Below are positions 38,560 through 48,531 of a stretch of DNA of 64,000 nucleotides, piece after piece; the first letter of the stretch is position 1, and each line of letters starts with the position of its first letter. The DNA is from Stegostoma tigrinum. Taxonomy: Eukaryota. Location: contig NC_081383.1 of assembly GCF_030684315.1 (NCBI RefSeq), positions 19,451,942 to 19,515,941 of the forward strand, given 5' to 3'. The position numbers and the translations under genes are program-made. The notes under the pieces were generated by a model, which searched no databases, was not told the DNA's origin, and saw only the letters and a program-made list of their open reading frames with translations.

Positions 38560-39435
38560 CATAAAATGGATATGAATAATGGAGGTATGGTTAGTAAGTT
38601 TGCAGATGACACCAAAATTGGTTTTGTAGCGGACAGTGAAGAAGTTGATCAGATGGGCCAATGGGCTGAGGTGTGGCAGATGTAGTTCAGTTTGGATAAA
38701 TGTGAAGAGTTGCAGGACTTATATTCTTAATAGAAGGGTGCTAGGGAGTGTTGCTGAACAGAGAGACCTTGGGGTACACGTTCATAGTCCCTTGAAGGTG
38801 GAGTCACTGGTAGATAGGCTGGTAAAGAAAGTGTTTGTTATGCTTGCCTTTATTGGTCAGTGCATTGAGTATAGAATTTGGGAGGTCGTGTTGTGACTGT
38901 ACGAGATATTGGTTAGGCCACTTTTGGAATACTGCCTTCAATTCTGGTCTCTCTGCTACAGGGAAAGGTGTAATCAAACTTGAAAGGTTTCAGAAAAGAT
39001 CAACAAGGATGTTGCCAGGTTTGGAGGGTTTGATCTAAAGCTGAATAGGCTGGGGCTATTATCTCTAGAGTGTAGGGGTGACCTTATAGATTATGAGGGG
39101 CATGGATAGGGTGAATAGCGAAGGTCCTTTTCCCAGAGTAGGGAGGTCCATAGGACATAGGTTTAAGATGAGAGGGGAAAGATTTAAAAAGGATTGAAAG
39201 GGGCAACGTTTTCACGCAGAGGTTGGCACCTGAATGCAATGAGCTGCCAGAGGAAGTGGAGGAGGTGGGTACAATTACGACATTTAAAAGGCCAACGGAT
39301 TGATACATGAATAGGAAGGGTTCGGGGGTATGGGTTAAATGCTGGCAAATGGGACTAGATTAATTTAGGATATATGGTTGGTATGAACAAGATGGACTGA
39401 AGGGTCCGTTTCCATGCTGCATAGCTCTATGACTC
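38560..39435 (+). mobile_element. CR1-type LINE 3' fragment
   Basis: VSKFADDTKIG, EQRDLGVHVH, LERFQKR.TRMLPGL. Confidence 0.88.
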
Positions 39436-39889
39436 ATATATATGAAAAAGCTGACAAAAAACTGAAAAATTAATCTACTCATTGTAAATTGAAGAAGAGC
39501 TGGAACTTTAACTCCTTTAGCCCTATTTGGCTATTTGCAACACCCAAGATCATTTATTCAGTGAAAAGTGCTTCATTATTTGCACCAGACAGATTCTTTA
39601 GGAGGGGTCATGCTATCAATCATATTTGGTGCTGGCTTTTTTCTGTGGGTCAGAAAGTATCTGGTGAGTAGCGGAGAGCCACATAGTGAGGGGAAAGCCC
39701 GTGTACTCTGCTAATCTCAGCCAGTGAGGTGGTAGGTGCACTAAAACTATATTTAGTACAACATAAGATAATTTATATTTAATAAAACAAGTCACATAAA
39801 TTGGATTGCTCTCCATTTGCGACCAACTGACCACTTATTGAGGAGGAATATTATTAAGCTGTAAATATAATAATTAAGCTCTGATTTCT

Positions 39890-41000
39890 ATGACAACAAC
39901 TTATATTTATATAGCACCTTTAATGTAATGAAGCATTCAAAAGCCCTTCACGTGAGTGTTATAAAGCACCAAACTATATAAGGTAATATGAGGACAGAAG
40001 ACCAAAAGCATGGTCAGAGATGTAAGTTTTTAGTAAATATCTTAAAAGGAGAAAGCAGAGCTTTTTTTAAAAAAAAAGATATGTTTTTCAGGGGGTGTGG
40101 GCATCAATGGCAAGGCCAGTGTTTGTTGCCCATTGCTAACTGCCCTTAAACTAATTGGCTTTCAGAGGGCAGTTAAGAGACAACCACATTACTGTGGGTC
40201 TGGAATCATGTATAGGCCAGACCAGGTAAGGATGGCAGATTTCCTTCCCTATAGAGCATTAGTCAACCAGATGGGTTTTTATGGCAATTAATGATACTTG
40301 TCATAGTCACTGGGACTAGCTTTCCATTCTGGCTTTTATTAATTAAATTTAAATCCCACCATTCCCCATGAGAAATGAAGATGTTTAGGGAGGGAGCTCC
40401 ATGTTTTGAACCTTGTTACCTGAAGGCACAGCAGCCGGTGGGGGAGAGATTAAAATCAGGGATGCTCAAAAAGCCAAAATTGGATGAGTGTAGCCTTTTT
40501 GGGGGTTTTGGAGCGTAAGGAAATTACAGAGGCTGGGAGGGATTAAGCTGTCAAGAAATCTGTGAACTAGGATAAGAATTTTAAAATCAAATGTTGCTGA
40601 ACCAGAAGCAAAACAATCCACTGAGCTCGGGGTGATGGCCAAATGAAATTTGAAGGGAATAAGGGCAAGGGCAGTAGAATCTCAGATCATTTCACATTTA
40701 TAAGGGTAGAATATACGAAACCAGCCTGGAGTGCTTGGGATTGTCATGTCTAGAGTTAACAAAGGCATGGATGAGGGTTTCAGGAGTAGATGAGTTGAGG
40801 CAGGGGCTGACATGTAACTATCAGTTGGACTGCCTGTTTTTGATGCACTGATATGTGGATGGGAATTTATCCCAGGGTGAAATATAACAGCAAGGACGTG
40901 AGCAGGCCTGGTTCTGTCTTTGACTGTTCAAGGATGAAATCAGTACATAGGGACCACAGATCATAGGGACTGTAGACAACAGCTACCATAACAATGTTCT
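39890..41000 (-). mobile_element. Decayed L2-like LINE 3' region with a nested fragment
   Basis: Plus strand begins acaacttatatttatatagcacctttaatgtaa (an L2/Deu-type tail reversed); decayed IHAFV.SR.D.. motif on the minus strand near 40740-40780. Confidence 0.55.
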
Positions 41001-41775
41001 GTATGTGATAAACATGACATAATTACAAGTGACTGAAGCTGATTTTTTAAAAAATAATTTCAATCATTGGCATCTATGTATCCCCAGTTTGTCTTCTCTC
41101 TCATCATGAGGGGTCAAAATCCCACTGATGTTATCTTTTGCTTCACCCTAGTAAATCCGCAATTCTTACGTGAACTTGAACTGCAAACAACATTGAAAAA
41201 CGTAAAAGCTGAGTTTGATCCTGTTTTTGCCTGATGTTCATAAATGTTTTATTGATTGAGCAGTGATGGGAAATGGATTGGGTCAGATGGCTTACTTGAT
41301 TTTTCTAAGCTGAACAATGTGTGACAAATTGGAGTATTCCAACTGCCGCAACAACGAGCTTGAACCTTAAGTCAAATGCAAGGACTCTGCCCCTAGATAA
41401 TTGATGCCCCTGATCTTCATTGGGAGAGCTCTAATCAGCCCATGAGTGATCACGATTAGACAGATTGACTGCTCGGTGATAACAGCACTGGCCTCTGGGA
41501 AGAGCTCCCAGAAGTCGGGAATGTATCTGACACCAACTTCTATGAATTTCCTCTTGGTCCCACTACAAAAAGCTTGCCCTTCCCCAACCCCAGTGTCAAA
41601 GCTTTTCATCATCTGTCTCTGAAACTGCTTTTCGCAATGACTGTTGCCCATGTTGTTAGCTACGGGTTCAGTTTAGGCTGCTTCAAACAACACCTTGCTG
41701 ATGAAGAAGTGTGCTCCTTCATAAGTATTCATGTGATATTCATATGGATTTGTTTTCATTTAATGATGTAAACAG

Positions 41776-41947
41776 GTGTACGAATGAAGAAAGAGGAGAT
41801 CCAGCGGTTGCTGTTTGGCTTTGATGAAAAACGTTTCACCAGGATGACTCCAGCCTTGTTCTTTCGCTTCAAAGAGTTGAAGAACAAACTAATGCAGCCA
41901 TCATGCAGCAACGTACAGGACTCACTGCCTTCACCTCCCATATACAA
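41776..41947 (+). CDS. AMH: AMH exon 4
   Basis: (G)VRMKKEEIQRLLFGFDEKRFTRMTPALFF..., containing the diagnostic AMH motif LQ.LLFG.D...FTRMTPAL; phase 1-2. Confidence 0.96.
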
Positions 41948-42479
41948 GTAAGCACTGCTGAAAAACGCAGGACAGTGAGGCAGTATATCAATGGTTATGT
42001 TAGAGATATTTATTGAAAAGTAATCATTTTGAGGCATATATACCCTTCCAATGATTATTGTTGTTAAAACGTCTAGTGGGAAGATAAAGCTGAGATTGGC
42101 ATAACCATAGTGTTAGATATTTTTAATCAACCTGTTCAGATGTGTTATCACACATCTCTGGAGCAGATGGGACTTGAACCTGACCCTTTTGGCTTAGGTG
42201 AGAACATCTGTGCTATTCCTGGGAGTAATATTAACTGTTGATGGTCGTTGGAGAAAATAGATACTTAAAACATATGACAATTCTTAAATAGAATTACATA
42301 TGCTATATAAATATGTTTTTTTAAAAAATCATGAACTTTATCAAGTTCTGGAGTGTAAGTATAATTTTGTTTTCCTTGAAAAGAGAGAAAAAAGCACCAA
42401 ATAGCAGTGAGACGTACGTGAACTGAACTGTTAGTGCGATAAACATATCAATAAGGGAAATCACACTATCAAAATACCA

Positions 42480-42805
42480 GGGTAGCACAGTAGCTCAGTG
42501 GTCAGTACTGCTGCGTCATAGTGCCAGGGACCTGGGTTTGATTCTACCTCTGTTTGGAGTTTGCACATTCTCCTTGTGTCTGCGTGGGCTTCCGTTGGAT
42601 GCTCCAGTTTCCTCCCACAGCCCGAAGATGTACAGGTTAGGCTGATTGACCGTTTAAATTGCCCACAGCGTCCAGGAGATATGTAGGGTAGGTGGGTTAC
42701 CATGGGGAAATGCAGGGTTAAGTGATTAGGTGGGATGCTTTTCAGAGGGTTAGTGGGCCTCAATGAGCCAAAAGGCTTGCCTCCACATTGTGGGGATTCT
42801 GTATT
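42480..42805 (+). mobile_element. V-SINE (HE1-like, tRNA-derived)
   Basis: A-box tagctcagtgg, B-box gggtttgattc, and V-domain ggagtttgcacattctcc..tgtgtctgcgtggg..tgctccagtttcctcccaca. Confidence 0.88.
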
Positions 42806-43364
42806 GTTGTGGTAAATCACCGGTGCGCAAATATGGGATTGTAATGCCTGATCTGTAAAAAGTGCTAAAATTGGATGCATAAAACTCTTTTCCATCTAAG
42901 TAATTGGCTTTGAGAAAGCTCACAAAGAGTTGATACTTTCCACTATCAAAATATAATTGTTGAAACATTTATGTACCCAAACCTATTTAATATCAGACAA
43001 GATCAAACTTCCTCAGAGCAACGTTGTGAATTAAAACTCTATTGCAGACTTTCAGCCAGAGGTAGTTGCCCGAGTATGATTAATCCAATGCTTGTTAGGA
43101 GTATAAAAATCTCATGGCACTATTTGGAAAAGAGCAGATAGAACTCCTGGTGGCTTAAGCTGCCAATCATCTCCTGATGAAGACCTGCAAAACATAGACT
43201 AGCTATTCATCCAATGTCTGTTTATAAATATTTGTATCGCTGCATATTAAACAGTGCATCAAAATTATTTTTTGAAATGTTAAGGTTTAACATTAAGATT
43301 AGTGCATGTATTTCGTTAGCCATGTCTATATGTGGCCTTTCATTACCTTAGAGATACTTGATCA

Positions 43365-43910
43365 GATTTGGTATAGAATACAAGAGCAGCAATAAGGCTG
43401 TGGTCAGATCACACTTGGAAAATTGTGAGTAGTTTTGGGCCCCCTATCTAAAGAAAGGTGTGCTGGCCTTTTAGGGTGTCCAGAGGAGGTTTACAAGAAT
43501 GACCCAGGAGATGAATGGCTAGTTATATGAGAAGCAGTTGAGGACTCTGGGTCTGTGTTTGAAGGCATTTAGAACGATGAGGGGTGATGTGATTGTAACT
43601 TACAGAATACAGAGAAGACATGAAAAAGATGTTCCCATCAGTAGGAGAAACTTGGACCTGAGGGCACAGTCTTGGGGTGAAGAGATGACCCATTAGTACT
43701 GAGATGAGAGAATTTCTTCAGCCAGAGGATAGTGAATTTGTGGAACACGTTGCTGCAGAAGGCTGGTGGTGCCAAGTCATTGAGTATATTTAAGATAGAT
43801 AGGTTCTTGATCAGTCAGGGACCAAGGGTTATGAGGAGAAGGCAGGAGGATTGAATACTGGAACAGACTCAATAGCCGGCCTAATTCTACTCCTACATCT
43901 TATGATGTTA
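43365..43910 (+). mobile_element. CR1-type LINE 3' fragment
   Basis: VRSHLE.C..FWAPYLKK.VLA..GVQRRFTRM.PG and a CR1 tail. Confidence 0.85.
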
Positions 43911-44907
43911 TTAGATCTATTAATCTAAAAAAAATTGCTGAAGAGTGATAGAAAAATGCAGTTTAGTCCACATTTGTCAATTGATGTAAATTCAATACAA
44001 TTTTGTAACTACCAGCAAATCATTCATTTATACAGGCAATTTTCAACAAATATTCCTTTTGTAAAAGTATGTCTGAAATTCATCAAACTGAAGAATATTA
44101 GTGCGTTTTTTCATTTTCTCCACTTCTAGAGGCCCCTATAAGCAATCAGTTTGGTTATAGATTACATGTGTTACCTGAGCTAAGAGCAGATAATGCAAGA
44201 ACTATTCAACAATTTAAGTAACATCAGTGGGATGGGCAAGGGTTAATTCTTAAGATCAATTACCCTTCAGTAGAATGGGTTACCTCACTCACTCACTGTC
44301 CATTAACCCTTTTCCATTTTAACATTGTGTAATGGTGGCACATTATATCAAAGGTGTACATAGTTACACATTTGTGAAATTAACAAGTGTAACCCCTGCT
44401 CCAGCTCTTAGACCAGCAATAAGAACAGGTTATTTAATTTCACAGAATATATGTGAGCCTAATATTTACCTGCAGTAAACAGCTGATCCATTTATGCAGT
44501 TCGGAAAATTAGCTCCTTCTGAAAAATATGCAGCAATTAGACCTGATAAAGTAGGATCTGTGAATTGATGTACCTGGTTACTTTAAAGAAAAAGCCTTTG
44601 CAGCAAAGTCAAAGTGGTGGCTATAATAACTCTAATAGGATACAGCAATGTTGTGGTAAAAGTACATAAAAAGTTTAATTTTAACGGAGTGATACAGTCA
44701 GAGACAGACTGGAGAATATGAGACTCGTAGAGAAAAAAACACGAGGCAATAAAGTTAAATGGGGATAGAGTGAATTTCAGAGTGTGAGACAACCAGAAGC
44801 AGTTTTTTAAAGCTACCTTTGTTTATGAGTAATATGAAAGAGATTCATTAGTATGCTTATTAATGTGATTATGAAATACAGCCTAATCCAGTCATTCCTA
44901 CTTTCAG

Positions 44908-45865
44908 AGAAGCTGCTAAAGCAGTTAAAAGGAGAGGAAGTGATTATTTGGAAACATTGGATTCTTCAGTTAACATGCCATCCTCAACTCATGGGTCACC
45001 ACGTGAATTTCTACGACATCTCAGTAGATTTTTGAACATGGTCTTAGGTTACTCCACTGACCACAATTCCAGACCTGTGCTTCATCTTGACAAGCAAACC
45101 ATTGAGAGTCTTCCCCACCAATCAATGAATATATCAAATGCCTATGTCTTAGAGCTGTTGGTGCAGTCAGATGAGCCCTTGATATTTTTATTGCCAGAGA
45201 ATGCAGCAAACTTTTTGACACAAATAAGAGAAAATGAAAATGCTGGGCAAACTGAGGAAAAGATGCAGCAACTTCTCATCACTAAACTTCAGAACACAAT
45301 CAGAAGTGTTTTAGAAATTCCCATTTTCCAGAATGAGAAGGTTTTGAAACAGCTCATTCACCTACTGAATGAATGTAATTATCCCTTACCCCTGCCCCAG
45401 TTCCCTCAGGTCAGTATCTCACCACAAGATAGCCTAAAGAAACAAAACAACACACAAAAAACATACTATACATTTTTGTTGCTGAAGACATTACAAACAG
45501 TGAAGACATTTTGGGAAAAGAGACAAAAGCTCTTTCGGCAAAACAGGAGTGCAACCAACCGGTCAATGTGCAAACTGGAGGAGCTCAGTATTGACTTTGA
45601 TCGTTTATCTTACGATTGGATTTTGGTTCCAAAATTGTACAATATACACAATTGTGTTGGATCTTGTAGAATTCCATTAATGGGAAACGTATCTAATCAT
45701 GTTGTCTTACTTATTAAAATGCAGGAGCAGGGCCTTCCCACAAAACGAGAGCCATGTTGTGTCCCAGTTGAATATTCTGAGCTACTCCTGGCCGTTGTCA
45801 GTGAACAAAGCAGCATGATTACTGTGTATAAGAACATGGTGGCAGAAGAATGTAAGTGTAGATGA
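44908..45865 (+). CDS. AMH: AMH exon 5 (prodomain end, furin site, TGF-beta mature domain)
   Basis: cag acceptor at 44905-44907, in phase with exon 4. Contains IESLPHQSMNIS..LE.LV.SDEPL, LLLKTLQ.V..FW, the RQNR|S cleavage site and a 7-Cys knot (C, CVGSC, PCCVP, ECKCR). Total CDS 2055 nt = 684 aa. Confidence 0.97.
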
Positions 45866-46130
45866 CCCAGGCATTTTGGCACATTTTATGATATTGACTG
45901 AAAATACTGACTTGCTTGTGAACAGCTCTCATGGCACGTTCTCTCAGTCAAGTTGAGTATTTTCTTACAGTTCTCCATATTTTAATTCGGGAACCCAGAA
46001 GATATTTTCAGTCAATTGAGTTAGGACCACAGTGATAATGGGAACTGCAGATGCTGGAGAATCCAAGATAATAAAATGTGAGGCTGGATGAACACAGCAG
46101 GCCAAGCAGCATCTCAGGAGCACAAAAGCT

Positions 46131-46158
46131 GACGTTTCGGGCCTGGACCCTTCATCAG
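46131..46158 (-). ncRNA. Minimal hammerhead ribozyme motif (antisense arm)
   Basis: Minus strand CTGATGA-AGGGTCCAGGCCC-GAAACGTC. Confidence 0.75.
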
Positions 46159-46686
46159 AGAGGGGGATGGGGTGAGGGTTCTGGAATAAATAGGGAGAGA
46201 GGAGGAGGCGGACCGAAGATGGAGAGAAAAGAAGATAGGTGGAGAGGAGAGTATAGGTGGGGAGGTAGGGAGGGGATAGGTCAGTCCAGGGAAGACGGAC
46301 AGGTCAAGGAGGTGGGATGAGGTTAGTAGGTAGGAGATGGACGTGCGGCTTGGAGTGGGAGGAAGGGATGGGTGAGAGGAAGAACAGGTTAGGGAGGCAG
46401 AGACAGGTTGGACTGGTTTTGGGATGCAGTGGGTGGAGGGGAAGAGCTGGGCTGGTTGTGTGGTGCAGTGGGGGGAGGGGACGAATTGGGCTGGTTTTGG
46501 GATGCGGTGGGGGAAGCGGAGATTTTGAAGCTGGTGAAGTCCACATTGATACCATTGGGCGGCAGGATTCCAAAGCAGAATATGAGTTGCTGTTCCTGCA
46601 ACCTTCGGGTGGCATCATTGTGGCACTGCAGGAGGCCCATGATGGACATGTCATCTAAAGAATGTGAGGGGGAGTGGAAATGGTTT

Positions 46687-47775
46687 CCTCTGTTACGTTG
46701 ATGACTGTATCGGCGCCGCCTCTTGCTCCCCAGAGGAGCTCGAACAGTTCATCCACTTCACCAACACCTTCCACCCCGACCTTCAGTTCACCTGGGCCAT
46801 CTCCAGCACATCCCTCACCTTCCTGGACCTCTCAGTCTCCATCTCAGGCAACCAGCTTGTAAGGGATGTCCATTTCAAGCCCACCGACTCCCACAGCTAC
46901 CTAGAATACACCTCCTCCCACCCACCCTCCTGCAAAAATTCCATCCCCTATTCCCAATTCCTCCACCTCCGCCGCACCTGCTCCCACGATGAGGCATTCC
47001 ACTCCCGCACATCCCAGATGTCCAAGTTCTTCAAGGACCGCAACTTGCCCCCCACAGTGGTCGAGAATGCCCTTGACCACGTCTCCCGCATTTCCCGCAA
47101 CACATCCCTCACACCCCGCCCCCACCACAACCGCCCAAAGAGGATCCCCCTCGTTCTCACACACCACCCCACCAACCTCCGGATACAACGCATCATCCTC
47201 CAACACTTCCGCCATCTACAATCCGACCCCACCACCAAGACATTTTTCCATCCCCACCCTTGTCTGCTTTCCGGACAGACCACTCTCTCCGTGACTCCCT
47301 TGTTCGCTCCACACTGCCCTCCAACCCCACCACACCCGGCACCTTCCCCTGCAACCGCAGGAAATGCTACACTTGCCCCCACACCTCCTCCCTCATCCCT
47401 ATCCCAGGCCCCAAGATGACTTTCCATATTAAGCAGAGGTTCACCTGCACATCTGCCAATGTGGTATACTGCATCCATTGTACCCGGTGTGGCTTCCTCT
47501 ACATTGGGGAAACCAAGCGGAGGCTTGGGGACCGCTTTGCAGAACACCTCCGCTCGGTTCGCAATAAACAACTGCACCTCCCAGTCGCAAACCATTTCTA
47601 CTCCCCCTCACATTCTTTAGATGACATGTCCAACATGGGCCTCCTGCAGTGCCACAATGATGCCACCCGAAGGTTGCAGGAACAGCAACTCATATTCCGC
47701 TTGGGAACCCTGCAGCCCAATGGTATCAATGTGGACTTCCACGAGCTTCAAAATCTCCCCTTCCCCCACCGCATC
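46687..47775 (+). pseudogene. Penelope RT-C-terminus/GIY-YIG ORF remnant, frameshifted near 47240 and 47740
   Basis: Homology passes from the 46664 ORF frame to the 47260 ORF frame; the N-terminal half of RT is missing. Confidence 0.88.
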
Positions 47776-48116
47776 CCAAAACCAGCCCAGTTCGTCCCCT
47801 CCCCCCACTGCACCACACAACCAGCCCAGCTCTTCCCCTCCACCCACTGCATCCCAAAACCAGTCCAACCTGTCTCTGCCTCCCTAACCTGTTCTTCCTC
47901 TCACCCATCCCTTCCTCCCACTCCAAGCCGCACCTCCATCTCCTACCTACTAACCTCATCCCACCTCCTTGACCTGTCCGTCTTCTCTGGACTAACCTAT
48001 CCCCTCCCTACCTCCCCACCTATACTCTCCTCTCCACCTATCTTCTTTTCTCTCCATCTTCGGTCCGCCTCCCCCTCTCTCCCTATTTATTCCAGAACCC
48101 TCACCCATCCCTCTCT

Positions 48117-48144
48117 CTGATGAAGGGTCTAGGCCCGAAACGTC
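48117..48144 (+). ncRNA. Minimal hammerhead ribozyme motif (sense arm)
   Basis: CTGATGA-AGGGTCTAGGCCC-GAAACGTC, predicted cut after 48144; helix I is short (CT/AG). Confidence 0.75.
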
Positions 48145-48427
48145 AGCTTTTGTGCTCCTGAGATGCTGCTGGGCCTGCTGTGTTCATCCAGCCTCACATT
48201 TTATTATCTTGAGTTAGGATCACAATTTGCTAATCAGTTTCCAGAATAGATCAGAAACGAAAGATATAAACATTTCACACCCTGCAGCCCAATTAATGCA
48301 AATTGCTGACACTAGTTTTAAAATTTTGACTTCTGTAATACTTAAAACTTTCCTTGGAAATTAATTGTTTTAGGTGAAAAATAAAACAGTGGGGATGAAA
48401 TAAGATATTCATTATCAAGTTAACAGA

Positions 48428-48531
48428 GTGCTCAGTTCCGAAGCAGGGTCACCAGGTCGAAATGTTAATTTTGATCTTTTCTTCGTAGATGCTGCCAGAT
48501 CTGCTGAGCTTTTCCAGCAACTTCTCTTTTT
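48428..48531 (+). mobile_element. Decayed family B mini-element, 9-bp TSD
   Basis: GTTAACAGA at 48419-48427 and 48532-48540; cagttccgaagcagggtcaccaggtcgaaatgttaa. Confidence 0.75.

Larger units (their letters stand above)
46032..48208 (+). mobile_element. Penelope-like retroelement (family A), 5'-truncated, with an inverted copy of its 3' end
   Basis: RT motif YVDD at ~46693, FTNTFHP.LQFT, FLDL and KPTDSHSYL; GIY-YIG nuclease NVVYCIHC..C..LYIGETKRRL.DRF.EH. 46064-46686 is the reverse complement of ~47589-48211. Flanking repeat TTGAGTTAGGA(C/T)CACA at 46016-46031 and 48209-48224. Confidence 0.95.

Noticed and set aside
42480-42560. tRNA genes at SINE heads (also 54011, 57760)
   Set aside because: A/B boxes run into SINE bodies without a complete cloverleaf or terminator.
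43170-43200. CTGATGA motif here and at ~63790
   Set aside because: There is no paired helix II followed by GAAA; the first lies in a decayed Deu-SINE.
46078-47959. Many overlapping ORFs around the Penelope element
   Set aside because: They are alternative or antisense frames of a C-rich element and its inverted arm.
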